A DNA stretch of 64,000 bases from an uncultured Clostridium sp. (GTDB lineage Bacteria > Bacillota > Clostridia > TANB77 > CAG-508): contig CANTGH010000004.1 in assembly GCA_947653235.1 (NCBI GenBank), forward strand, positions 2,453 to 66,452, given 5' to 3'. Shown one piece after another: positions 39,682 to 48,722 of this stretch (the stretch's first letter is position 1; each line of letters opens with the position of its first letter). Under the pieces are notes generated by a model. The model did not search any database. It saw only the letters and a program-made list of their open reading frames with translations, and was not told the origin of the DNA. The position numbers were made by a program, and so were the translations under genes.

Positions 39682-40935
39682 TCATTTTTCTAATTTTTTC
39701 CTTATCCCAATAGCTGCCTTTTTGCCAGCTGCTAATGCACGACATACTGTTGATTTACTTTCTGTTACATCACCACCAGCAAAAACATTTTCTAAATTTG
39801 TCATGCCATTTTCATCAATTTCAATCATTCCCCAGCTATTTAATTGGATGCCTTCGTGTTCTAAAAGTGTTTTTTCTGGTTTTAACCCAATCGCAAAAAC
39901 TACGGTATCAGCCTTTATCGTAAATTCTGTATGTGGTATATCAACCGCTTTTTTGTCTACAATTTGTGTCTTTATACAATTCACACTCACCATTTTTTCG
40001 TGTTCTACATTTGCCGAAATAACACGCGTAAGTGGCACAAATTCAACCCCATCTTGGATAGCTTCTTCTAATTCTATTTTTCTAGCAGGCATATGTTTTT
40101 CATCTCTACGATATAGAATTTTCACACTTTCTGCCCCCATTTTTAAGGCAACTCTTGAGGCATCCATTGCCACATTTCCGCCACCAATAACAACTACTTT
40201 TCCTAAATTAGGTAAGAATTTATTTTCATTATAAGCCTTTAGAAATCCATCCGATTGATAGACTTTGTCCAATGGTACATCTGCTAAAGGATACAGCATA
40301 GAAGTAGTAGCTCCAATTGCTAAAAAAACAGCATCAAAATCTTGTTTTAATTGAGTAATCGTAATATTTTTTCCTAATTCCTTTTTAGTTTGGATGATGG
40401 CACCACAATGTTTAACTTTCTCGATAATTGTCTGAACAATTTTTTTAGGTAATCTAAAATCAGGAATTCCATACCACAAAATTCCTCCTGGTATTTCGTC
40501 TTTTTCAAAGATTGTCACATCATATCCGTTTTTTAATAATTCAATGGCACATTCTATTCCAGCAGGGCCAGAACCAACAATTGCAATCTTTTTGCCGTTT
40601 TTATTTTTAGTGGCTAATTTATAGTCAATTTTGTTTTCATTTGCCCATTCATTAATAAATCTTTCGAGTTCACCAATTTTAGTAGGTTCTTGTTTGACTG
40701 CACGAACACAACTTCCTTCACATTGCTCTTCTTGAGGACAAACTAAACTACACACATGACTAAAAATGTTATTATCCATCAAAATTTTATAGGCTTCTTC
40801 ATATTCATCGCTTTTAATTTTTTCAATAAATTCTGGTATATCCGTTTTCATAGGACATCCCGTTTTGCTACAAGGTTTCATTTTACAATTCAAACACCAA
40901 GCTGCTTTTTCTTTCATTTCTTCGATATTTTTCAT
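39682..40935 (-). CDS. Glutamate synthase small-subunit-like / NfnB-type FAD-NADPH oxidoreductase with an N-terminal Cys cluster.
   Basis: RBS AGGAGG. Cys-rich N-terminus. Two Rossmann GxGxxG blocks (IAIVGSGPAG, VVVIGGGNVAMD). Confidence 0.8.
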   Translation of the reverse strand: MKNIEEMKEKAAWCLNCKMKPCSKTGCPMKTDIPEFIEKIKSDEYEEAYKILMDNNIFSHVCSLVCPQEEQCEGSCVRAVKQEPTKIGELERFINEWANENKIDYKLATKNKNGKKIAIVGSGPAGIECAIELLKNGYDVTIFEKDEIPGGILWYGIPDFRLPKKIVQTIIEKVKHCGAIIQTKKELGKNITITQLKQDFDAVFLAIGATTSMLYPLADVPLDKVYQSDGFLKAYNENKFLPNLGKVVVIGGGNVAMDASRVALKMGAESVKILYRRDEKHMPARKIELEEAIQDGVEFVPLTRVISANVEHEKMVSVNCIKTQIVDKKAVDIPHTEFTIKADTVVFAIGLKPEKTLLEHEGIQLNSWGMIEIDENGMTNLENVFAGGDVTESKSTVCRALAAGKKAAIGIRKKLEK

Positions 40936-40987
40936 ATAAAAACCTCCTATTGGTATATAATATACCAAAAAAGGACAAATAGCAAGC

Positions 40988-41122
40988 TTATTTTTTTGTT
41001 TTATCACTTATCTTCTCTAGACGTTCTACTACCTCCTTTTGCTCATCTAGACCAATCCAAGCATAATAACTTGGAATAAATTCACCATATTTTGTTTGAT
41101 TTTTTTTTCTTTTCTCTTCCAT
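40988..41122 (-). CDS. Possible small protein (44 aa).
   Basis: GGGAGG RBS 8 nt upstream of ATG. Short ORF only. Confidence 0.3.
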   Translation of the reverse strand: MEEKRKKNQTKYGEFIPSYYAWIGLDEQKEVVERLEKISDKTKK

Positions 41123-41230
41123 AAAAAATACCTCCCACTTTATTTTTTACAAAAAATATTTTATTATGAAATTTTCTTAAAAGTATTGACATGAACTAGG
41201 AAACTATGCTAAAATAAAAATAGTTTATAT

Positions 41231-41314
41231 GCGGATGTGGCGAAACTGGCAGACGCGCTGGTCTTAGGAACCAGTGTCTTTGACGTGGGGGTTCAAGTCC
41301 TCTCATCCGCACCA
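41231..41314 (+). tRNA. tRNA-Leu (anticodon UAG), CCA encoded.
   Basis: GCGGATGTGGCGAAACTGGCAGACGCGCTGGTCTTAGGAACCAG...GGGGGTTCAAGTCCTCTCATCCGCACCA. Confidence 0.85.
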
Positions 41315-41351
41315 ATAATGTATCTATTCCAATAAATTGAATTAATCTAGA

Positions 41352-41427
41352 AAGCATTCAGTAAATGGATGCTTTTTTTATTTACAAAAACAAACCAACA
41401 CAAAAACTTGTTGTTGGTTTGTTTTTT
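41352..41427 (+). terminator. Two tandem terminators after tRNA-Leu(UAG).
   Basis: AGCATTCA...TGGATGCTTTTTTT and AACCAACA...TTGTTGGTTTGTTTTTT. Confidence 0.55.
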
Positions 41428-41468
41428 CCTCACTAATAACCTTTAAATTTACAGATTCACTCTCAACC

Positions 41469-41663
41469 TTATTGATTCTCTGTCTCTTTACAACAATAAG
41501 TTGAGATAAAACCATCATCTAGTGGTTCCAGCAGTTCATCGATTTTCAAGACAGATCGATGTGCAGGAATATCGCTGTTATCCAAATCAGGATTTGATGT
41601 GGATGTTCTTGGTACGTTGTAATTGATGAGATTAGCATATTTTTCGTTAAATTTCCGAGTCAT
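41469..41663 (-). CDS. Hypothetical small protein (64 aa).
   Basis: AGGAGGG RBS 8 nt upstream of ATG. Immediately downstream of the 41684..42232 gene. Confidence 0.4.
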   Translation of the reverse strand: MTRKFNEKYANLINYNVPRTSTSNPDLDNSDIPAHRSVLKIDELLEPLDDGFISTYCCKETENQ

Positions 41664-41683
41664 TAAGACATCCCTCCTAATCA

Positions 41684-42232
41684 TTATTTACATTTCTTTA
41701 TACTGCTCTGTGAAGTCGGAGAAATATACCTCATAACAATATGAATTTTTCTATTTTCAGAGCCATCTTGAAAAGATCCTTCAAAACTCAGTGTTTTTTT
41801 GGATATAGCAACTGCGTTTTCACCTGAATAGGAAAAATCATACCAATCAGTTATAGGCTTTCCATTTTCTGCAATAATTTCAAACTCCTCGCGGTGCTCC
41901 CACAAGAAACTTAATTGATGAAGTATAACCACTTCTTCAAAAGGTTTTTGCCGGTATTCATAAATTTGAGCTAATCCCAAAGGAAGCCCTAAAAAATGAA
42001 CACATAATGCATCTTTAAAAGGATCCATTGTAGAAAAATCACAATATTTTCCCTCCTGAAAAACATACATAACTCCACTGTGCTTTTGAAATAATTCATA
42101 ATAGCTCAAATTTTCCCAACTATATGGCAAACACTTCCATTTTCCAACCTTATCAAGAAATTTCCGCCAGTTTTCATTTTCCCCATAGGAAACATTCCAA
42201 GCACTTTTAAGCAACTCATCTTTTACTTTCAT
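41684..42232 (-). CDS. Hypothetical protein, possibly SMI1/KNR4 (SUKH)-like immunity protein.
   Basis: ORF of 182 aa. The similarity is weak and unverified. Confidence 0.5.
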   Translation of the reverse strand: MKVKDELLKSAWNVSYGENENWRKFLDKVGKWKCLPYSWENLSYYELFQKHSGVMYVFQEGKYCDFSTMDPFKDALCVHFLGLPLGLAQIYEYRQKPFEEVVILHQLSFLWEHREEFEIIAENGKPITDWYDFSYSGENAVAISKKTLSFEGSFQDGSENRKIHIVMRYISPTSQSSIKKCK

Positions 42233-42447
42233 GTTCTTCCTCCTTTACTGTTCAAAGAGTTTTCTAGATTACAATAAAATAATAGTAGCACATTTGTACA
42301 AAAAAGTCAATATAATTTGACATAATGTTTGACTTTTAATCAAAAATATGATATATTTAACCTATTAATTTGCATGTGCAAAATTATAGAAGGTTATAAA
42401 ATACCAAATCGTAACATTGTTTAACTCATTAGAAAGAGAGGACTATT

Positions 42448-42828
42448 ATGACAGAGAAAACACGTAAGTTGGCTGCAAACTCGCTAAATCGGAGTATCAC
42501 CTCTTATCAGCGAAAACTTCTTTATTACTTGGAACTCCAAGCAGAAGCAAAACTAAAAAATGGCAATCTGGAAGTTTTGGATCACACTGATTGCGAAAAC
42601 ATTGAAACCACGATTCAAAAATATAAAACAATTTTAACAGATCTTGCCACTATTAAAAGAGCCATCCGCAACAATTCTTCAAAAGTAAGGGTTTTAGAAA
42701 CTTTAGAAGCCCAAAACTCTATCTATCCAGAAGTTTCTAAAGCCTTAAAAGCTGCAAACTTAAGCTTTAACCGTGATGGCTTCGGAAAATTATGGATTTA
42801 TTCCAAATCAGAAAGAGTTACTGTTTAA
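42448..42828 (+). CDS. Hypothetical protein (126 aa).
   Basis: RBS AGAAAGAGAGG. Terminator follows. Confidence 0.55.
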   Translation: MTEKTRKLAANSLNRSITSYQRKLLYYLELQAEAKLKNGNLEVLDHTDCENIETTIQKYKTILTDLATIKRAIRNNSSKVRVLETLEAQNSIYPEVSKALKAANLSFNRDGFGKLWIYSKSERVTV

Positions 42829-42833
42829 TCTGA

Positions 42834-42861
42834 AAAAACAAGCCTGTATGGCTTGTTTTTT
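42834..42861. terminator. Bidirectional terminator.
   Basis: AACAAGCC-tgtat-GGCTTGTT plus a T-run. Confidence 0.6.
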
Positions 42862-42877
42862 CAATAAAAACTTTATT

Positions 42878-43780
42878 TTAAAGAACTGCCCCCATCATTC
42901 CAGCATCATTTTTGAGCTCAGCAGTCACAATTTTAGGCAATTCTGCATTATTAAATGTAGCATTGGGACCTTTTAATTTTTCTATTAATTGTTCTAAAAC
43001 TCGATGCCCTTCATAATAAGCAAAACTTCCACCCAAGCATACAACTTCTGGTTCAAAAATATCAATCAAATTGGCAATTCCTGTTTTTAAATATTCTAAA
43101 AACACTTCAATATCCGCTTTTACCCTTTCATCTGGTTTGGATAATAATTCTTCTCTCAAATATTGACCTGAAATATCACTATCCATATCTAATGTTTCAC
43201 ACACTTTCATTTTTAAAGCTTTAATCGAACTATACGCCTCAAAACAGCCTTTCTTTCCACAACTACACAAACGTCCACCTTGGTTAATCACCATATGTCC
43301 AAACTCAAAACCAGAATAGCGTTTTGGTTCTAACATCTTTCCTCCCAGAAAAGCCGCTCCACCAATCCCTGTTCCAATATTAATAAACACACAATCATCA
43401 TATCCTTGCATCGCACCATATGCTTTTTCAGCAAGTGCTGCACATTTTCCATCGTTTCTAATTTGCAAAGGATTGGAATAGAATTTTCTCAAAGCAGAAA
43501 TGATGTCAAAATTCTGAATATTCAAATTTCCAGCTTTCACAATAACACCATTCGAAATCGTTCCAGGTGCTGCAAGTCCAATTTTTTCAATTTCCTCTAT
43601 TTTTAAATCATGTTCCTGCAATAATTCTGTTATCATTGTGTAAATGGAATGGAGTATCGCGTTTTCCATATCTTTTCTATCTTCACGATTGAAAATCTTT
43701 TCTTTGCTTGCTATCCTATTTGAGTTCTCTATTAATCCCATTCCAATATGACTACCACCAATATCAATCCCTATTCTCAT
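42878..43780 (-). CDS. ROK-family sugar kinase (glucokinase-like).
   Basis: MRIGIDIGGSHIGMGLI start. CSCGKKGCFE zinc motif. Confidence 0.8.
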   Translation of the reverse strand: MRIGIDIGGSHIGMGLIENSNRIASKEKIFNREDRKDMENAILHSIYTMITELLQEHDLKIEEIEKIGLAAPGTISNGVIVKAGNLNIQNFDIISALRKFYSNPLQIRNDGKCAALAEKAYGAMQGYDDCVFINIGTGIGGAAFLGGKMLEPKRYSGFEFGHMVINQGGRLCSCGKKGCFEAYSSIKALKMKVCETLDMDSDISGQYLREELLSKPDERVKADIEVFLEYLKTGIANLIDIFEPEVVCLGGSFAYYEGHRVLEQLIEKLKGPNATFNNAELPKIVTAELKNDAGMMGAVL

Positions 43781-44705
43781 CCACTTTCTCCTCTTTAAAC
43801 ATTTTATCGATTACCTTTTCATAAATCCTTTTTCCAATCTCATAACCTTCTGGCATTAATTCACAAAATTTATAGATGCACACATTTGAATTGGCCTCCA
43901 TAACATATGCCTTTTTCTCATCTGTCACACTTATATCAATGGATGCAAAACTTAGCCCCAAGACCTTCCCCGTTTTCAAAGCAATTTCTTTTACTTCTTC
44001 ATAATACACATCCTCTTCGTTTACAAGCACTGGAATAGCTCCATTACTCAAATTGTGTTTCCAACCAACCAAAACTTTTTCATCTTTTTTAGGAACTCTT
44101 TCTAGATCTAAGTTTGGAATTGGTTCTTGTAAATAGCTCAATTTTTCTTCTATTAACACATTTATCGTTTTTTTCCCATCTCCTATTACATAAGGTTTTT
44201 GTTTTTTATAAAGATAGATTATCTCCCCATCTAAAAAAATCGCACGATATTCATACTCAATCTCTCGATAATCGGTCACCACAACTGCTTCTATCTTACG
44301 TTCAAACATCTCCTTCACACATTGTAATTTTTCTTCTTCTTTTTCATACACATAAACTTCTTTTCCCTGTAAAGATTGATTCGCTTTTATCACTTGCTTT
44401 TTGTTATTTTTCAGACATTCATAATTGCGATTTATCCCTTCAACCTCTTTCATCATACCTTCATTAAAAATGACTTGATGTTCAAATATCGGAATTTGAT
44501 GATATTTTAATAATTCAAAAGTGGAATATTTATCTTTTGCCAATTCCACACTAATCCTTGAATTCAAATAAAAGTTTCCATTGCTTAGCTTCTTTTCCAC
44601 ATTTCCCTTTTTCAACAAAGCAATCCAACCATACGAAATATCTGTAATCGTAATTCCCTTTTCCTGACAAATCTCTTCAATCATTTTTCTTTTTACGCTA
44701 TTCAT
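43764..44705 (-). CDS. ATP-grasp domain protein.
   Basis: Length and spaced K/E/D pattern typical of ATP-grasp ligases. Substrate unknown. Confidence 0.6.
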   Translation of the reverse strand: MNSVKRKMIEEICQEKGITITDISYGWIALLKKGNVEKKLSNGNFYLNSRISVELAKDKYSTFELLKYHQIPIFEHQVIFNEGMMKEVEGINRNYECLKNNKKQVIKANQSLQGKEVYVYEKEEEKLQCVKEMFERKIEAVVVTDYREIEYEYRAIFLDGEIIYLYKKQKPYVIGDGKKTINVLIEEKLSYLQEPIPNLDLERVPKKDEKVLVGWKHNLSNGAIPVLVNEEDVYYEEVKEIALKTGKVLGLSFASIDISVTDEKKAYVMEANSNVCIYKFCELMPEGYEIGKRIYEKVIDKMFKEEKVDENRD

Positions 44706-44721
44706 TTTTTACTCCATACTT

Positions 44722-45853
44722 TTAATTCACAATTTCAAAATCCCATTCATCAAATGTCACATAATTTGCTTCTGGAATTAATCTATACTTTCCAGCTGGA
44801 AAAATATACTCCCCATACTTTATCGCATTATTTTGTTGTTGCAATGTATAATACACTTCATCATACTCTCCATTATTCTCCTTATAAAAAATAGCATTTT
44901 GTCCACTTTCTCCCTTATAATCGCTATAGCTATTGCTTGAAAATAAAATTTTTACATCTGCATATAAAGTAAAATCCAAATAATGCTCTAAACCTTCTGC
45001 CAATAAACAAGCTGAAAACGTTCCATACATAGTATAATCACCATCCATTAGATATTTACCATTTGCAAAAGTACCGCCAAGCCATCCCAGAATTTTGTTC
45101 ACCAACACAAACAGAACCTTCTGTTATTTGAATTACCTTTTCTTTCACTTCAACATTACAAATTGCTTTTATATTCTCCAATTCCTTAATTTCCGCTGTT
45201 ATTTGTGCACTTCCAGCTGCTTTTGCTGTTACCAATCCATTTTCATCTACACTTGCAATCTTAGGATTACTTGAATTCCACTCTACTTTATCATTTACAG
45301 GAACAATAGAAGAAACCGTTGGTACTAATTGATATGTCCTTGTACTTCTTTCAAATGTTGTCAATGTAATATTTTCTTTATCTAGACGAATTTCCATCTT
45401 ATCTGGTTCCTTTTTCACATAATGCTCCACTACTTTCGCTTGGGATTTTTCATTATTTATCTCAATTTTTATCTCATATTCATCTGTTGTACGAATTACT
45501 AAATTTGTACATTCTTCTGGATTTTCAACTCGATTTCCATTAGCATCTGTCATTAAAACATATTTTACCCATTGTTCGCTACCTACTTGACATTCTCTTT
45601 CTATCGCTTCTTTTATACTCTTTGCAAAAACTTCTATTTTTCCCTTTTCTACTCTATCGATTCTTTCTGCTGCTATTACCATTTCCAATTCTTCTCTTTG
45701 TTTCCCAAATTGATGCTTTATTGTTGCCGTTTCCGCTCTTGTCAAAATTCCATTTTCTCCTGCTATTAAATTTAAGCTAACCCCTGCTAAAATCAATAAC
45801 ACAATAATGGTAATCACCAGTGCAATTAATGTAATTCCCTTGTTCTTTTTCAT
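44722..45853 (-). CDS. Secreted pilin-like protein with a prepilin-type N-terminus and a Big_2 (Ig-like) domain, with an apparent frameshift at 45074-45076.
   Basis: N-terminus MKKNKGITLIALVITIIVLLILAGVSLNLIAGENGIL. The frame is restored by deleting the C of the in-frame CGG. Confidence 0.6.
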
Positions 45854-46015
45854 CTTTTGTGTTTCCTTTCCTCTTTTATAAATTTTAATAACAAATTTAT
45901 TATACCAAGTAATTCTCATTTTGACAACAATTTTCAAAAAATTGCCCTTAATTAAACACAAAAAAGCCCAAGGGCTGACAATTTCAGTCCTTTGAGCTTT
46001 TTATTTCATTTCCCT

Positions 46016-46690
46016 TTATCTTTCTTTTGCCAAAATCACCAATCGTGTATTAGGATCATGATCGGTACAAGTTGAAAGAGAGATTTCTCTTGCACCACCT
46101 GTATCCCTTACCATATAATCAGCATACGTGGTGTCGGCTTGAAATATATCATAAATTTCATAAGTAACTTTCGTGTTCGTCTGGTCTGTTATATCAATAA
46201 GGTCTCCTTTGGACAATTTTTTGTTATCTGAAAAAAACACACCTTTTCTTCTATAATTATGTCCCACAATCGTAATATTACCTGGCTGATTCAAAGGGCT
46301 TCTTTCTGGATACAAAATCGCAATCGAAGTTTCCAAGGATTTTTTCGTAACTTCTGATAAAATTGGATATTTGATACCTGTTTTTGGAATTTCAATTACG
46401 CCCATTACTTCATAGCCTTCCATATACGTTTTTTCTGGAGTCGTTTTGTCCGTTTCCAAGCTATTAATCTCATCCAAAGGGTTTTGCGCTGGGTCATTTT
46501 CCTTTTCTTTCCCTTCATCAAATTCCTTTCGAACTGAAAATTCATCTATCGCCTCTTGAGCCTTATTATTTTTAGCCTTCACTGCATACATATCATACAC
46601 AAAATAGCCTACAGTCCCCACAATTCCTATAATCACTATCACTAAAACAATGGTCAAAGCTTTACTATATTTACTATTAAACATCTTCAT
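46016..46690 (-). CDS. Sortase-family transpeptidase.
   Basis: N-terminal TM anchor. IVGHN His region. ISLSTC (TLxTC-type) catalytic Cys. Confidence 0.7.
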   Translation of the reverse strand: MKMFNSKYSKALTIVLVIVIIGIVGTVGYFVYDMYAVKAKNNKAQEAIDEFSVRKEFDEGKEKENDPAQNPLDEINSLETDKTTPEKTYMEGYEVMGVIEIPKTGIKYPILSEVTKKSLETSIAILYPERSPLNQPGNITIVGHNYRRKGVFFSDNKKLSKGDLIDITDQTNTKVTYEIYDIFQADTTYADYMVRDTGGAREISLSTCTDHDPNTRLVILAKER

Positions 46691-46763
46691 CCCTCTTTTC
46701 TGGTTTCGATATTTCTTTCTATCTTTATTATACCATATTTTTCGACTTTTGTCAAGTTTTATG

Positions 46764-48530
46764 TCAATTTTCGTTTTGCTCTAAAATCGCCTTAATTCTT
46801 CTGACACCACTCGAAGAAGCTTCTTCTTTTTTTATTTTGAAATGTCCCAATTTTCCAGTGTTGGTAACATGTGGTCCTCCACAAATTTCTTTGCTGAAAT
46901 CACCAATCGTATAAACCTTGACAATATCTGCATATTTATTTTCAAACAAACCAATTGCACCAGATTGTTTTGCCTCTTCTAAGTTCATCTCCTTGCATGT
47001 AACAACCAAATCTTTAGCAATTTGTTCATTAACAATCCTTTCTACCTGCTCTAATTCCTCTTTGGTCACTTTTTGTGGATGTGAAAAATCAAAACGTAAT
47101 CTTTCTTCTGTAATATTCGAACCTTTTTGATTTACATGGTCTCCTAACACAATTTTCAATGCTTGATGCAATAAATGAGTCGCCGTATGATACATAACCG
47201 ATTTTTCACTTTGGTCTGCCAAACCTCCCTTAAATTTTGCCTCACTTCCCATTCTTGATTTTTCTTGATGCGCTTTGAACAATTGATCAAAATCAGTCAT
47301 TTCAACTTCTAATTGGTTTTCAGAAGCCAATTCTACGGTCATTTCAGGCGGAAAACCGTATGTTTCGTATAAATTAAATACCGTTTGTGTATCAATTTTA
47401 GTTTGATGTTGATTTTTTAGTTTCGTTACAATTTTTTCAAATTCCTTTTCCCCTTTAGCAAGTGTTTTCATGAACTTGTCTTTTTCTTCTAAAATCACAT
47501 TTTGGATGATTTGTTTCTTCTCCAACAATTCTGGATACATTTCTTGCAAAGCTTGAATCGAAACTTCGATGATTTCTGGCAATTTACTCAAATCAATTTC
47601 GAGTTTATTCAAATGACGTGTCATACGACGAAGCAAACGACGCAAAATATAACCACGATCCACATTACTTGGACGTCCACCATCTTGAATAATCATGATA
47701 CTAGAACGTAGATGTTCTGCCACAATTCGTCTACTTTGGATAAAATCTTGGTTTTGCAACTCTTCTAATTTTGCCATAACTGGTGCAAAAAGCTCAATTT
47801 CAAATGGCGTTTTTTTACCTTGTAATAACATCGCCATTCTTTCTAAACCAAGACCTGTATCAACATTTTTTTGCTCTAATTTGGTATATTTTCCTGACTT
47901 GTCCTTGCAATATTCCATAAAAACATTGTTCCAAATTTCAACATATTTTCCACAATCGCAGGAAGGATTGCAGTTTGTAGAGCAAGCTGGTTTTCCTGTA
48001 TCGTAAAACATTTCAGTGTCTGGTCCACAAGGTCCTTCTTCTCCAGCAATCCACCAGTTATCGCCTTTTCCAAAAAAATAAATACGCTCGTCTGGAATAC
48101 CTGCTTTTTTCCAACATTCATAAGAAATTGTGTCACGTGGTGCATCTTCATCCCCTGCAAAACAAGTAACTGACAATTTCTCAGCTGGAATTTCCAATTC
48201 TTTGGTCAAAAATTCATAACTCATCGTAATGGATTCCTCTTTAAAATAATCCCCCAATGACCAATTTCCTAACATTTCAAAATAGGTTAAATGACGATTA
48301 TCGCCTACTTCATCAATATCAACTGTACGAAGGCATTTTTGATAGTCCGTAAGACGTGTTCCTGCTGGATGTTTTTCGCCCAAAAGATAGGGTACCAAAG
48401 GATGCATGCCTGCTGTAGTAAATAAAACCGATGGATCATTTTCTGGAATAACAGGCGCTGAAGGTATGACGCTATGACCATGTTTTTCAAAAAACTTTAA
48501 ATATTTATTTCGAATATCGATTGCTTTCAT
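46764..48530 (-). CDS. alaS: Alanine--tRNA ligase, short form (588 aa) lacking the C-terminal C-Ala domain.
   Basis: MKAIDIRNKYLKFFEKHGH... catalytic core. Editing-domain HxxxH (HTATHLLHQAL) and CGGPHV. GAGGAG RBS. Confidence 0.8.
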   Translation of the reverse strand: MKAIDIRNKYLKFFEKHGHSVIPSAPVIPENDPSVLFTTAGMHPLVPYLLGEKHPAGTRLTDYQKCLRTVDIDEVGDNRHLTYFEMLGNWSLGDYFKEESITMSYEFLTKELEIPAEKLSVTCFAGDEDAPRDTISYECWKKAGIPDERIYFFGKGDNWWIAGEEGPCGPDTEMFYDTGKPACSTNCNPSCDCGKYVEIWNNVFMEYCKDKSGKYTKLEQKNVDTGLGLERMAMLLQGKKTPFEIELFAPVMAKLEELQNQDFIQSRRIVAEHLRSSIMIIQDGGRPSNVDRGYILRRLLRRMTRHLNKLEIDLSKLPEIIEVSIQALQEMYPELLEKKQIIQNVILEEKDKFMKTLAKGEKEFEKIVTKLKNQHQTKIDTQTVFNLYETYGFPPEMTVELASENQLEVEMTDFDQLFKAHQEKSRMGSEAKFKGGLADQSEKSVMYHTATHLLHQALKIVLGDHVNQKGSNITEERLRFDFSHPQKVTKEELEQVERIVNEQIAKDLVVTCKEMNLEEAKQSGAIGLFENKYADIVKVYTIGDFSKEICGGPHVTNTGKLGHFKIKKEEASSSGVRRIKAILEQNEN

Positions 48531-48722
48531 AACTTTTCTCCTCAAATTTTTTGTTTTGATTATATTATAAATTCGCTGAAATGACAAGATTTTTCGGAAA
48601 AATATTAAAAAATCATGTATTTCAACAAAAAAAAGACCGCGTTTAATAAAAGTCGGTCTTTTCTTTATTTTAACATATTTACATAATTTTGTCAAGTCTT
48701 TTTCGTTGCCTGAAATGCTTAT

